Shown: one piece after another, positions 1 through 7,863 of the stretch
Layout: the number at the start of each line of letters is the position of its first letter
How positions within the stretch are numbered: the first letter of the stretch is position 1
IMG/VR virus record: IMGVR_UViG_3300031949_000140
Coordinates: 1-27,566 of that record
Strand: one strand, 5' to 3'
DNA: 27,566 nt
Source of the DNA: a virus
Lineage: Duplodnaviria; Caudoviricetes
The notes under the pieces: generated by a model
Told to the model about the DNA's origin: nothing
Seen by the model: only the letters and a program-made list of their open reading frames with translations
Database searches by the model: none
Translations under genes and position numbers: made by a program

Positions 1-1
1 C

Positions 2-1489
2 GCCACTGATGTCAGCGGACTCAAGGTCAACAACGGCGAACTTCTTGCCGTCAGTCTTCCGGAACAACGCTCTGCCGGCCGAGCCTTCCCCACCGTTCTT
101 GCCTTGCACAGGAGCAAGCAACTGTTCGGTGTATGCAAGAACTGATCCAAGCAGGTGTTGCAACGCCTCGATGCGAATGGGGACCTTGAGGTCAAGCAAC
201 TGCAGCATAGGTGCAAACGCCATGCGGATACCCACGCCGGTGTTGGTGCCCGTTATGTTGCCAAATGCTGCATCGTTAAGGAATGAGAGATGGTGAATCG
301 CTTGGATGTAACGGTCGAGCAACCGCTCCACGGCATCGGGCACAGGCTGCCAATCCATTGGACCCAACTTCTCCTCCAACCCAATGGGAATGACAGCGCC
401 AGTCTCAAACGCAATGGCGGTCACATCCTGCTGAGGCTCATCCGACGCATACACCAGCGGTTTCTTGATGTGCAACCTAATCTCGGTTGCACTGTCACTC
501 AACGTCTCGTTGTAACGACGGTTGAGCGACTTGATGGCGTCAATGTCACTGCACGTGCCCTGCCACGTTGGGTCAGCCTCACCTGCAAAGATGTTACTGA
601 TGATCCAGAACGGTGGGCGACCCCACAAGTGCTTGCTGTGCTCCAGCAGCACAGCAGCTGTCTTTCCGCTCTCAATGCGGTCACCGAATCCATGTGGCCC
701 GCCACGCTTCTCCGTGGTCGCTACGCGCACGGTCAACGCAATGAGGTAGTAGTCATCGTGGTCCCAGTAGTGCAACAGCGTGCAAGTGGGTTCGACCTGG
801 TTGGCATCCAGCGACTCCAAGCCGCCTGTTGCTTCCAACTGCTTGCCGTAGCGCTGGCGGATCTCCTCGATAAGGCGGTTGCGATCCGGTCGAATGACGT
901 ACCAAAGATCCTCATTGGGGTCATCGTAACCAGTGAACACAGGGAAGAAGTCTTCGGGAGGAACATTGCGGAAGCGGAAAGAGGAACGCGAGCCACCTGG
1001 CAAAAACGAGTACTCGTGCACGAGGCGGTTGTCCTTGCCTTCACCCATCATGCGCACTTCGGGCGCGGTGTCGTGCTTCGTAAACACAGCCTGAATCACA
1101 CCGAAGCCCACCTTACATGCATTGTGCTCTGCACGGCGGTACGCTTTCATCAACTGCGGGAGCATCGACAACAGATAGGCCTCACGACGCTGAGCGGACA
1201 ACCGTGCATCTGGAGCGGCGGGCTCTGGCACCTGCAGCCTGAAGCCTTTGGATAGCACAGCGGCGTACTTCAGGACCACAACGCGTGAATAGTTCACCGT
1301 GATGGTCTCTTCGGTGCCACCCTCGCCCCCAGCATTGGAGTCTGTAGCGATCTCACCACCCTCGCTGTCTAGGGCCCACTGCTTGCCATCGAAGAAGTCC
1401 TGGAGCGTGAGGATGTTGCCGTTACGGGCGGAATACCGTGTTTTTAACTCGATGTATAGACTTTCTAACTCTTCTGCGGTCCGCTGCAT
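2..1489 (-). CDS. Phage portal protein (partial, runs off left edge)
   Basis: Manual translation from ATG at 1489: MQRTAEELESLYIELKTRYSARNGNILTLQDFFDGKQW...TITVNYSRVVVLKYAAVL. The frame appears open to the window edge (ends ...KFAVVDLESADISG), which would explain its absence from the ORF track. It lies directly after terL and has an SPP1-portal-like N-terminus. Confidence 0.75.
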   Translation of the reverse strand, partial: MQRTAEELESLYIELKTRYSARNGNILTLQDFFDGKQWALDSEGGEIATDSNAGGEGGTEETITVNYSRVVVLKYAAVLSKGFRLQVPEPAAPDARLSAQRREAYLLSMLPQLMKAYRRAEHNACKVGFGVIQAVFTKHDTAPEVRMMGEGKDNRLVHEYSFLPGGSRSSFRFRNVPPEDFFPVFTGYDDPNEDLWYVIRPDRNRLIEEIRQRYGKQLEATGGLESLDANQVEPTCTLLHYWDHDDYYLIALTVRVATTEKRGGPHGFGDRIESGKTAAVLLEHSKHLWGRPPFWIISNIFAGEADPTWQGTCSDIDAIKSLNRRYNETLSDSATEIRLHIKKPLVYASDEPQQDVTAIAFETGAVIPIGLEEKLGPMDWQPVPDAVERLLDRYIQAIHHLSFLNDAAFGNITGTNTGVGIRMAFAPMLQLLDLKVPIRIEALQHLLGSVLAYTEQLLAPVQGKNGGEGSAGRALFRKTDGKKFAVVDLESADISG

Positions 1490-3122
1490 TTTCCACTCTC
1501 TTCTGAACCACAGTCAGGAAGTGAGGTCCGTTCGGACCAGAACGCGCTTCGTGTTGCCCAACGTGACCATTGCGCCACTCACGCGCCGTAGTGGCCTGCC
1601 GCTGTGCATAGTGTGGCAACGGAAGTTTGTGACCTCGCACAGCACCGTACCGAGCGATGAGGAGGTACCACAGCGCCTTGAGTGCATCACACGGGAGACG
1701 CGCGTCCGGCACCTCGGATGGGAGGAAGTCACTGCCAACATCGGTCTCTTTGCGTCTGTAACGTGGAAACTCGTATCTGAGACCGTAACCTTGTCCACGA
1801 CCCTCCCAGTCTGCAATTTGCAGGTGTGGTGTGTGAATGAACAACGCATCCATGTCCACCGCTCCTGCACTCACGTCACCAACCGCTGGACGCTCGAAGT
1901 ACAAGAAACTGTGCAGGCGACGAATGCCTTGTAACTGCGGTATCTTGTCTGACTTCAACACAACGCCAGCACGTGACAGCCATCGACGCTTGCTGTCTGG
2001 CGCCTCGTGGTCGATGGCGCCCCCGCGTACATCGCGCCACCACGGCCGAGACATGCACACATCGATAATCTGCTCATCAATGAGACCTCGTTCCCACACC
2101 TCGTCAATAACGTTGCAGTAATCAATGCGGTCGTCCGGATCAGGGTCGGAATCAGACCAGAACTGACATGCCACTACAGCGTATGGATGACCACCGTCGG
2201 ACGGGTCGACACCTAGATAGACCGGCACCCCAGGTTTATAACCACATTGGTTCGCAGAACCAACGTGAATGGATTCGAGATAGTCTCGGAAGACAAGATT
2301 GACGGGCGGAGTAGGGACTCCACCGCAGCGCTCCTCAAAGAGACCAGGGACTCGGGAGTATACGCGCTCAAGTCGCTTGATTTCTGGATCATCGCGTCCG
2401 CCAGGATAGACGGCTAGATTAGACCACGAAGGAACCGAGAAACTGCGCCCACGAAACTCAAGATTGTTGCCCTGGAACTCACGAAACAACTCAGGAAACC
2501 AGCCGGTAGAGCCTTCAAATGTGCCCGAGCATACGAGCCATCCTCTGGTCTCACCCAGGCGACCGAAACACTTGAGAAATAGTGCATACGGCACGGTCGC
2601 AGCCTCAACAACGAGAATACCGTCCGGAGCGTCGGAGCGGACTTTGGAAATATCAAATCCGGACTTGGTTTCAATGATCTGTCCTGTCTTCAGTCGCATC
2701 CGCCACTGGTTGCGCATGGGCATTGACACTTCACGCTTGTCCACAGCGCCCAACTGCACAAACCACTGCAACGCGTACTCGAACTCTTTGTGTGTGCCTT
2801 CGTAGTCCTCGGCAATGATCCAGAAAAGGCGGCCCCACGGTGCACGCGTAACCAACTCCATTGCGGAGTAGTCCGACTTGCCACCGCGCTCACCGCCCGC
2901 TACGAGTTTGACTCTTGCTCGGCTTCTGAGTGGAGCGGCTTGGGCTGCACCGGGGCGTCGTCCAATGGTTCTGAGTATGTGGTCCTGCTGCTCCCAGGTT
3001 GGTCCGCCAACGATTCGGTCGGTCCAGGGCCAATCTCCATTGGCGTCTGGTCCTCCCCAGGCTGCTTCACCACGCCACTTGTGGCTGAAACCTTGGTCAA
3101 CTGATTGAGTAACATCACCCAT
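1422..3122 (-). CDS. terL: Terminase large subunit
   Basis: Q-motif-like PTWEQQ, Walker A AGGERGGKS, Walker B-like GILVVEAA, motif III CSGTFEG, RNase H-like nuclease YLGVDPS, late acidic motif CDALKALWY. Confidence 0.9.
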   Translation of the reverse strand: MGDVTQSVDQGFSHKWRGEAAWGGPDANGDWPWTDRIVGGPTWEQQDHILRTIGRRPGAAQAAPLRSRARVKLVAGGERGGKSDYSAMELVTRAPWGRLFWIIAEDYEGTHKEFEYALQWFVQLGAVDKREVSMPMRNQWRMRLKTGQIIETKSGFDISKVRSDAPDGILVVEAATVPYALFLKCFGRLGETRGWLVCSGTFEGSTGWFPELFREFQGNNLEFRGRSFSVPSWSNLAVYPGGRDDPEIKRLERVYSRVPGLFEERCGGVPTPPVNLVFRDYLESIHVGSANQCGYKPGVPVYLGVDPSDGGHPYAVVACQFWSDSDPDPDDRIDYCNVIDEVWERGLIDEQIIDVCMSRPWWRDVRGGAIDHEAPDSKRRWLSRAGVVLKSDKIPQLQGIRRLHSFLYFERPAVGDVSAGAVDMDALFIHTPHLQIADWEGRGQGYGLRYEFPRYRRKETDVGSDFLPSEVPDARLPCDALKALWYLLIARYGAVRGHKLPLPHYAQRQATTAREWRNGHVGQHEARSGPNGPHFLTVVQKRVENAADRRRVRKSIHRVKNTVFRP

Positions 3123-3535
3123 GCGTCATCACTCGGAAGTCGGTTCTTCTGTAAGGGCTCAAGAATGCGGTCAATCGTCTCTATGGTGTCAACGTACTGA
3201 CGTGACCAGTTGGGCGACATCAACGCCTTGTCCTCCAACTGCTCCGCGTGCTCCTCCAACCGTGCCAAGCGTTCTGCCCGCCTACCCAGCCCTCGGTCAA
3301 GGATCTCTGCATCTCGCAGGCGACGCGCCTCGACTATGTGCTCGTAGAAGTCCGTGTACACACGAACAACCCAGCCATAGTCGACCTCGATGGGCCCACC
3401 AGCCTCGACCGGGCGACTTGCACAGCGCGCGAGAATGCCGGGCACGGTGTAACCTGACACCATGAGGCCAAGGATGAAGTGTTGCTCCGGTGTAAGATTA
3501 TTGATGTCAATATCGAGATCGCGTTCTGCGACCAC
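2900..3535 (-). CDS. Probable terminase small subunit
   Basis: Immediately upstream of terL; N-terminal HTH-like segment (LTPEQHFILGLMVSGYTVPGI), helical middle (RAERLARLEEHAEQLE), disordered tail; start codon uncertain (GTG 3535 or upstream). Confidence 0.55.
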   Translation of the reverse strand: MVAERDLDIDINNLTPEQHFILGLMVSGYTVPGILARCASRPVEAGGPIEVDYGWVVRVYTDFYEHIVEARRLRDAEILDRGLGRRAERLARLEEHAEQLEDKALMSPNWSRQYVDTIETIDRILEPLQKNRLPSDDAWVMLLNQLTKVSATSGVVKQPGEDQTPMEIGPGPTESLADQPGSSRTTYSEPLDDAPVQPKPLHSEAEQESNS

Positions 3536-3560
3536 TGGCCAACCACGCCGGGTTGTCACG

Positions 3561-3737
3561 CTACATCCATCCTTGGCTCGTGAGCACCATCCACGCTGCA
3601 ATGACAAGAACCACCACGATGGCTATCTCCGCAACACATCCGAGAAACTCACCAAGACCACAACGGCCTTGGCCCTCGCGCATGGCCTCACACGTGGGTG
3701 TGCCATCGGGGCCGTGATGGGGTGAGTACGCAGGCAT
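3561..3737 (-). CDS. Small membrane protein (58 aa)
   Basis: ATG overlaps the holin stop (TGATG); C-terminal hydrophobic helix IAIVVVLVIAAWMVL. Confidence 0.55.
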   Translation of the reverse strand: MPAYSPHHGPDGTPTCEAMREGQGRCGLGEFLGCVAEIAIVVVLVIAAWMVLTSQGWM

Positions 3738-4072
3738 CAGTACCTCCGCTGCAACGAGTACGACTTGCCCACCAGCGGCAAGCCCACCAACTTGCTGTGA
3801 ACCAACGGCGATGTGATCCACTGCAGAATCAAGCCCAACACTGCAGCAGCCACGCGTGCGATCTCGTCAATGGCGTTCTGCTCGATGGGTGCCTTGAAGA
3901 GGCCAAGAAACACAAACACGGTGAAGAACACCGTGTTCAAGCCCAGCGCCCACTTGTCCGAGGCACCATCCTTTACAACGTGCAGAGCCTTGAGGACGTT
4001 GACGAGGACGGTCACAAACGCTGCAACACCAGCGAGCGCAGCGTATTTGGAGAGAAGTGTGAAGAGATCCAT
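3737..4072 (-). CDS. Holin-like membrane protein
   Basis: 111 aa, about three hydrophobic helices, SD GGAGGA upstream, first gene of the leftward late block. Confidence 0.6.
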   Translation of the reverse strand: MDLFTLLSKYAALAGVAAFVTVLVNVLKALHVVKDGASDKWALGLNTVFFTVFVFLGLFKAPIEQNAIDEIARVAAAVLGLILQWITSPLVHSKLVGLPLVGKSYSLQRRY

Positions 4073-4144
4073 GGCTCGAGTTCCTCCACTAACCGCGGGG
4101 TTTGCACAGGGCGGCGACTCTAGGAGCCGCCAGAAAGCCGACTA

Positions 4145-4167
4145 CGTGGTGCGTGGTGCGTGGTGCG
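4145..4167. repeat. Tandem 7-bp repeat (CGTGGTG)x3 in a G/T-skewed non-coding stretch
   Basis: cgtggtg cgtggtg cgtggtg cg read directly. Confidence 0.8.
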
Positions 4168-4502
4168 CTCGTTCGTGGGTTGCGTGTTGTGGTACGCCAA
4201 TGCTTGCACGCAGGATACAGCAATCCGTGGCGTGCGTCAAGTGTGGATGTCGCCATGGTTGGGTCGATCTTTGCGTGGTTGAGTGCTGGTTGTCGGGCGA
4301 TCGTTCTGTGAATGTTGAGATTTGTTCGTGGTTGTGGTTGTCGTATATGTTTCAGTAGAGAGGTGCATATATGGTTATTGCAAAGGTAATAAATAGACAT
4401 GTATAGGTTTGAAGCAGTTATATGCGACTCTCGTATGTCCTGATTTACATATATGACAACCACAACTAGTAAATGAATGTGATGGTGTTTTATGGGACAT
4501 TT

Positions 4503-4637
4503 TCAACGTTTCAGCGGGTATCTTTCAACGTTCCCACATTCTTATCAACGTTTAGGCGGTGATGAACGGCGTATTAGAGATCGAACTACGTCGTATTAGA
4601 GGTCACGCGGTGTCATATTAGAGATCGAACCACGACG
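4503..4637. repeat. Phased direct repeats (iteron/operator-like)
   Basis: TCAACGTT at 4503, 4525, 4545; TATTAGAG at 4572, 4594, 4616 (exact 22-bp period; copies 1 and 3 extend to TATTAGAGATCGAACYACG). Confidence 0.8.
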
Positions 4638-4650
4638 TTGACATTGCACC

Positions 4651-4679
4651 TTGACAATGTTGAGACGTTATCGTATGAT
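4651..4679 (+). promoter_or_regulatory. Sigma70-type promoter
   Basis: TTGACA (4651-4656), 17 bp spacer, TATGAT (4674-4679); SD AAGGAGG before ATG 4718. Confidence 0.8.
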
Positions 4680-4717
4680 ATGCAAAGAAAGCAAGAAGAA
4701 AGCGAAAAGGAGGCAAA

Positions 4718-5281
4718 ATGCCGCGACAGGTTGGAGTGCAACTGCCAGTTGAAACACAGGAAGCAATCGTGAAGGCCTACGTTGAGACCAAGACACCAGT
4801 GATGGCTATTGCTTTTGACAATGGTACCTCGGTTGCTACGGTCTACAAGGTGCTGTATATGTGGGGCGTTGAGATAAACCGTGACCGCAGCGGGTTCACA
4901 CGGAACCCCATAGCGGAGCAGATGGTCATTGCGCTCTATCAAAAGGGCGCTCAGATCATTGACATAGAGACTGCGACTTCTCTGTCGCCTGCCACGATAT
5001 ATGGTGTGCTGCGGAAGCACGGCGTGGAGTTGCGACGCATGAAGTCTGCCCAACGTCTTGAAGTATTGAAGCAGGCACGGCGCCGGCGCACGGTGTATGA
5101 AATTGCTGAGGAGACTGGTTTGGATATTGCAAAGGTCCGTGCGGTCATCAAGGCTGGCGGTCTGGAGTTGTACGTTGCAGATCCAGCGAGTCTTGTAAGC
5201 AACCTTGCGGCGGTTACGGTGGTTGCAACAGTTGCAACAGTTGACGTGGAGGACGTGGATGGCAAGGAAACTCTACCCTGA
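4718..5281 (+). CDS. DNA-binding protein with three tandem HTH-like repeats
   Basis: Repeats IAFDNGTSVATVYKVLYMWGVE / IETATSLSPATIYGVLRKHGVE / IAEETGLDIAKVRAVIKAGGLE; strong SD. Confidence 0.8.
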   Translation: MPRQVGVQLPVETQEAIVKAYVETKTPVMAIAFDNGTSVATVYKVLYMWGVEINRDRSGFTRNPIAEQMVIALYQKGAQIIDIETATSLSPATIYGVLRKHGVELRRMKSAQRLEVLKQARRRRTVYEIAEETGLDIAKVRAVIKAGGLELYVADPASLVSNLAAVTVVATVATVDVEDVDGKETLP

Positions 5282-5498
5282 TGTTTCGGATGGTCAGCCA
5301 ATTGTTATCAACTGGAGACAGCAGTACTATAAGATGGCGTGTTGTGACTGCAACTTGGTTCACAAGGTCTACTTCGACGTGAAAGGCAGCAGGTTGACCA
5401 TGCGTGTTTATCGCAGTAACCGCTCCACTAATGCATTGCGGCACCACCGTGGAGTACCCATTGCGGAGCAGACGAAGCAGACGAAGCAGACGACATGA
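5259..5498 (+). CDS. Small phage protein with CCDCxLVH (putative Zn-binding) motif
   Basis: SD GGAGG then ATG 5259; MACCDCNLVH motif; ATGA overlap with the next gene. Confidence 0.7.
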   Translation: MARKLYPDVSDGQPIVINWRQQYYKMACCDCNLVHKVYFDVKGSRLTMRVYRSNRSTNALRHHRGVPIAEQTKQTKQTT

Positions 5499-5710
5499 AC
5501 GTTGATGAGTTGGAGAACCGCAATCAACAGATACTTGCGCTCTTCGATAATGGCATGTCCATTGTTGATTTGGCGTTCGAGTTTGCTTTACCGCTGCCTC
5601 GCGTGATCTCGTTGCTGCGAGACCGCGGGCGGTTAACCGTTGCGAGGAACAAGTCAGGACTGTGGAATGACATCACTGATGCTGCCGGGCGGTCGCGCCT
5701 TAGTGGTTGA
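5495..5710 (+). CDS. Small HTH protein (Mor/sigma-region-4-like)
   Basis: RNQQILALFDNGMSIVDLAFEFALPLPRVISLL pattern; coupled start. Confidence 0.65.
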   Translation: MNVDELENRNQQILALFDNGMSIVDLAFEFALPLPRVISLLRDRGRLTVARNKSGLWNDITDAAGRSRLSG

Positions 5711-6047
5711 GAGCACTGGCGATGCAGACGCTGGGGTGATACTTGATCTATTCGATGTATTGGCGCGCGCCGGTGCACCCGCGTTTGCACTCATGGACGA
5801 GTTCGACTTGAAGGCTGAAGAGTGCTGGTCGTTGCTTGAACTTCGCGGTGTTGAGTTGAAGTTCGATAAACAATGGGTTCGCAAAGAGTTTGCATTATTG
5901 CAGTCCTTTGCAAGCATGTCAACAGAAAGCATGCTTCGTAGACAGTTTGATACCAATGCACGCTGGATGCGCAGAGTGTTGCGTGAATCTGGCGTCAGTG
6001 AAGAACGTACCTCGCTTACCTCGTACCATTCCCCGACTGGAAAGTAG
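5703..6047 (+). CDS. Hypothetical protein, possibly degenerate HTH repeats
   Basis: Overlaps the previous stop; segments ending LELRGVE and VLRESGVS resemble the repeats of 4718-5281; start uncertain. Confidence 0.5.
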   Translation: MVESTGDADAGVILDLFDVLARAGAPAFALMDEFDLKAEECWSLLELRGVELKFDKQWVRKEFALLQSFASMSTESMLRRQFDTNARWMRRVLRESGVSEERTSLTSYHSPTGK

Positions 6048-6364
6048 AAGTGGCCACTGGTTTTGTGGTTTCCATGGAGACACTTACGGAGACACATGTA
6101 TATCTACATATATATCATATATGTATATGTATCTTATCTGTATTTCTCCCGAACGCTGAATTATGTAATGTGTAAACGCATGTGTGCGCACACACGCAAC
6201 GTGCAACGTGTGTTGTGCATGATGTCGTGCGATGTGTGCACGTCACGCGCAACGCGCGATGTCGCAACGATGCATGACGTGTGACGTGTGTATTGCATGA
6301 TTAATTTTGTGCATCCATGCAACACGCACTGCTTGATCCCCCCTCGTTGCAACATCACACAACA

Positions 6365-6428
6365 TGACGAATGTCATACGAAACACATGACATTCGTCAC
6401 ATGACACACACGTACGATGTGATATGAT
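6365..6428 (+). promoter_or_regulatory. Early promoter with upstream inverted-repeat operator
   Basis: Perfect 13-bp IR TGACGAATGTCAT-N9-ATGACATTCGTCA (6365-6399); -35-like ATGACA 6401-6406; extended -10 TG-A-TATGAT 6420-6428. Confidence 0.7.
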
Positions 6429-6513
6429 GTGTGCATAACGAAACACATCACGCAACACACGACGTAAACGTGTGAAAATCAAAACGTGATGTACAAACGA
6501 CAACAAACACAAC

Positions 6514-6822
6514 ATGTCAAACAACACGACGAAACGCGATGTTACATCACACGACAACATGACAACATTCAACGTCAAATGTCGCAACGTTGCGCACGCG
6601 CAACGCATCATCGAATTGTTGCACACGAACGATGTTGAAACGTTCGTGTATCGTGCACAATACGATGCCGAACGTGCGAACATCGTCAACACGTACAAAC
6701 GCATGTTGCACGACATCGCAATCGCGCAAATCAAATCGCGCAACGATGATGACAACAACGTCGTTGACGCGATGAAACGTGACGTGATCGCGTATGCACG
6801 CGACAACAACATCACGATGTAA
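6514..6822 (+). CDS. Early protein, VYR-family paralogue 1 (no Gly/Pro/Trp)
   Basis: Aligns without gaps over ~55 aa with 7864-8154 (FNV...V..AQ.II...VYRA.Y..E...L....IA..K); flanked by promoter and terminator; start may be ATG 6514 or 6559. Confidence 0.8.
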   Translation: MSNNTTKRDVTSHDNMTTFNVKCRNVAHAQRIIELLHTNDVETFVYRAQYDAERANIVNTYKRMLHDIAIAQIKSRNDDDNNVVDAMKRDVIAYARDNNITM

Positions 6823-6845
6823 CACGCGCACATACAATTGAATAC

Positions 6846-6892
6846 GACAACGTAAACACACATCGACAACACGATGTGTGTTTTGTGTTGTC
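6846..6892 (+). terminator. Probable intrinsic terminator
   Basis: AAACACACATCG-acaaca-CGATGTGTGTTT perfect 12-bp stem (6854-6883) running into a T-rich tail; outer GACAAC/GTTGTC pairing. Confidence 0.7.
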
Positions 6893-7000
6893 ACACGCAT
6901 CACGCGCATCACGCACACGCACACGCACACATTGCGCGTGCACGCGCATCAACGCGACATAACGCATGTTCACAAATTCACAATCGAACAAATGATTCAG

Positions 7001-7064
7001 GACGAATGTCATATAAAACACATGACGTTTATCACGTTCAATTATGCGTCATTCGTTATACAAT
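7001..7064 (+). promoter_or_regulatory. Second copy of the operator/promoter; probably yields a leaderless mRNA
   Basis: GACGAATGTCATATAAAACACATGACGTTTATCAC closely matches 6366-6400; -10 TACAAT at 7059-7064 lies 6 nt before ATG 7071. Confidence 0.6.
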
Positions 7065-7070
7065 ACGTGC

Positions 7071-7388
7071 ATGAACGCGCACGTTTCATCGAACGACAAC
7101 GACACGCGCACGCGCAAACGCAAACGTGTTAACGTTGCATTCATGCAACGCATCGCACATGATGACGCGCAACACAACGCATCACGCGATGACACGTTGC
7201 GTGCAACGTTCACATGCAAATGTGATGTGTGTTCACACACGTATGACGCGAATTATGTGCGCGTGTTTGCACACGTGCGCGCAGTTGACAAACGTCAACA
7301 TGCAATGTGTGAACGTTGTTTACGCATTGCGCGTGATGACAACGACGTTAACACGTTCATGCGTGTTAACGGTTTGATGTATGCGTGA
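7071..7388 (+). CDS. Early protein with putative Zn finger (CxCxxC...CxxC)
   Basis: FTCKCDVCSH...AMCERC; no Pro or Trp and a single Gly at the zone edge; ATG sits at the predicted TSS. Confidence 0.65.
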   Translation: MNAHVSSNDNDTRTRKRKRVNVAFMQRIAHDDAQHNASRDDTLRATFTCKCDVCSHTYDANYVRVFAHVRAVDKRQHAMCERCLRIARDDNDVNTFMRVNGLMYA

Positions 7389-7416
7389 AGTTTCAACACA
7401 CACGAGGAGGTGTGAA

Positions 7417-7821
7417 GTGATATACATCAGCAAGAACGGCAAGGTGGACAGGTCGCGCACGTTCGAGGACCATGCGGCACGGCGCGATTGGCATCAAGCG
7501 AGTGGGCACACGTGGTCAACGGAAGGTTGGTGTTGGGTGGACGCTGACGGCAACAAGTATCGCACGTTCGTCGAACGCGACGAGAAGTGGTACGTCGTCA
7601 AGTACTTCAGTGAAGACAAGCGCAACAGCGTGATGCAAGATCGGTACGAGAAGGGGGAGTTGCAGCACGCAAAGGGGGACGCGCGAGCAGGAAGCGCAGA
7701 CGGTCGCGCCGTAGTGTATCGCGCGTCGGTGCAGTTGGGTCGCGTGTGGTATGATACGGTGTGCGAGTATCGCAACGGCGTATACAAGTCGTTGTCGCGC
7801 AGCGGCAAGTGCAGGAGTTAG
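7417..7821 (+). CDS. Hypothetical early protein (no Pro)
   Basis: Strong SD GAGGAGG 7404-7410 then GTG 7417. Confidence 0.75.
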   Translation: MIYISKNGKVDRSRTFEDHAARRDWHQASGHTWSTEGWCWVDADGNKYRTFVERDEKWYVVKYFSEDKRNSVMQDRYEKGELQHAKGDARAGSADGRAVVYRASVQLGRVWYDTVCEYRNGVYKSLSRSGKCRS

Positions 7822-7863
7822 CGTGCAATTCGGCACAACACACAACATGCAAAGGAGATTGCA

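Larger units (their letters stand above)
6158..7388. other. Compositionally constrained zone nearly devoid of AG/GG/CT/CC dinucleotides
   Basis: Manual scan found none in 6158-6314, a cluster at 6315-6344, and only 5 in 6345-7388 (CC 6668, AG 6999, GG 7000, AG 7283, GG 7371). Confidence 0.95.

Noticed and set aside
9-1934. Plus-strand ORFs 9-296, 290-1255, 1299-1934
   Set aside because: Antisense shadows of the minus-strand portal and terL frames; no motifs or RBS
4089-4463. ORFs spanning the divergent intergenic region (4089-4463, 4102-4311, 3813-4358)
   Set aside because: No RBS or motifs; composition reflects G/T skew and repeats
4503-4637. CRISPR array
   Set aside because: Repeats are only 8-19 bp with a 20-22 bp period and no spacer-sized unique segments; the Cas4-like nuclease at 13643 sits in a standard phage recombination module
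6161-7377. Many overlapping Cys/His/Arg-rich ORFs on both strands (e.g. 6243-6872, 6874-7074, 6878-7132)
   Set aside because: Expected by-product of the reduced alphabet (no TAG, alternating bases); only 6514-6822 and 7071-7388 have independent support
6158-7388. Constrained zone read as a microsatellite, Z-DNA element or sequencing artefact
   Set aside because: Alternating purine-pyrimidine runs exist (e.g. 6178-6198, 6910-6930), but AA, TT, GA and TC are freely used, the sequence is non-repetitive, and it encodes a recognisable paralogue. UV-dimer avoidance is also unlikely because TT and TC persist.
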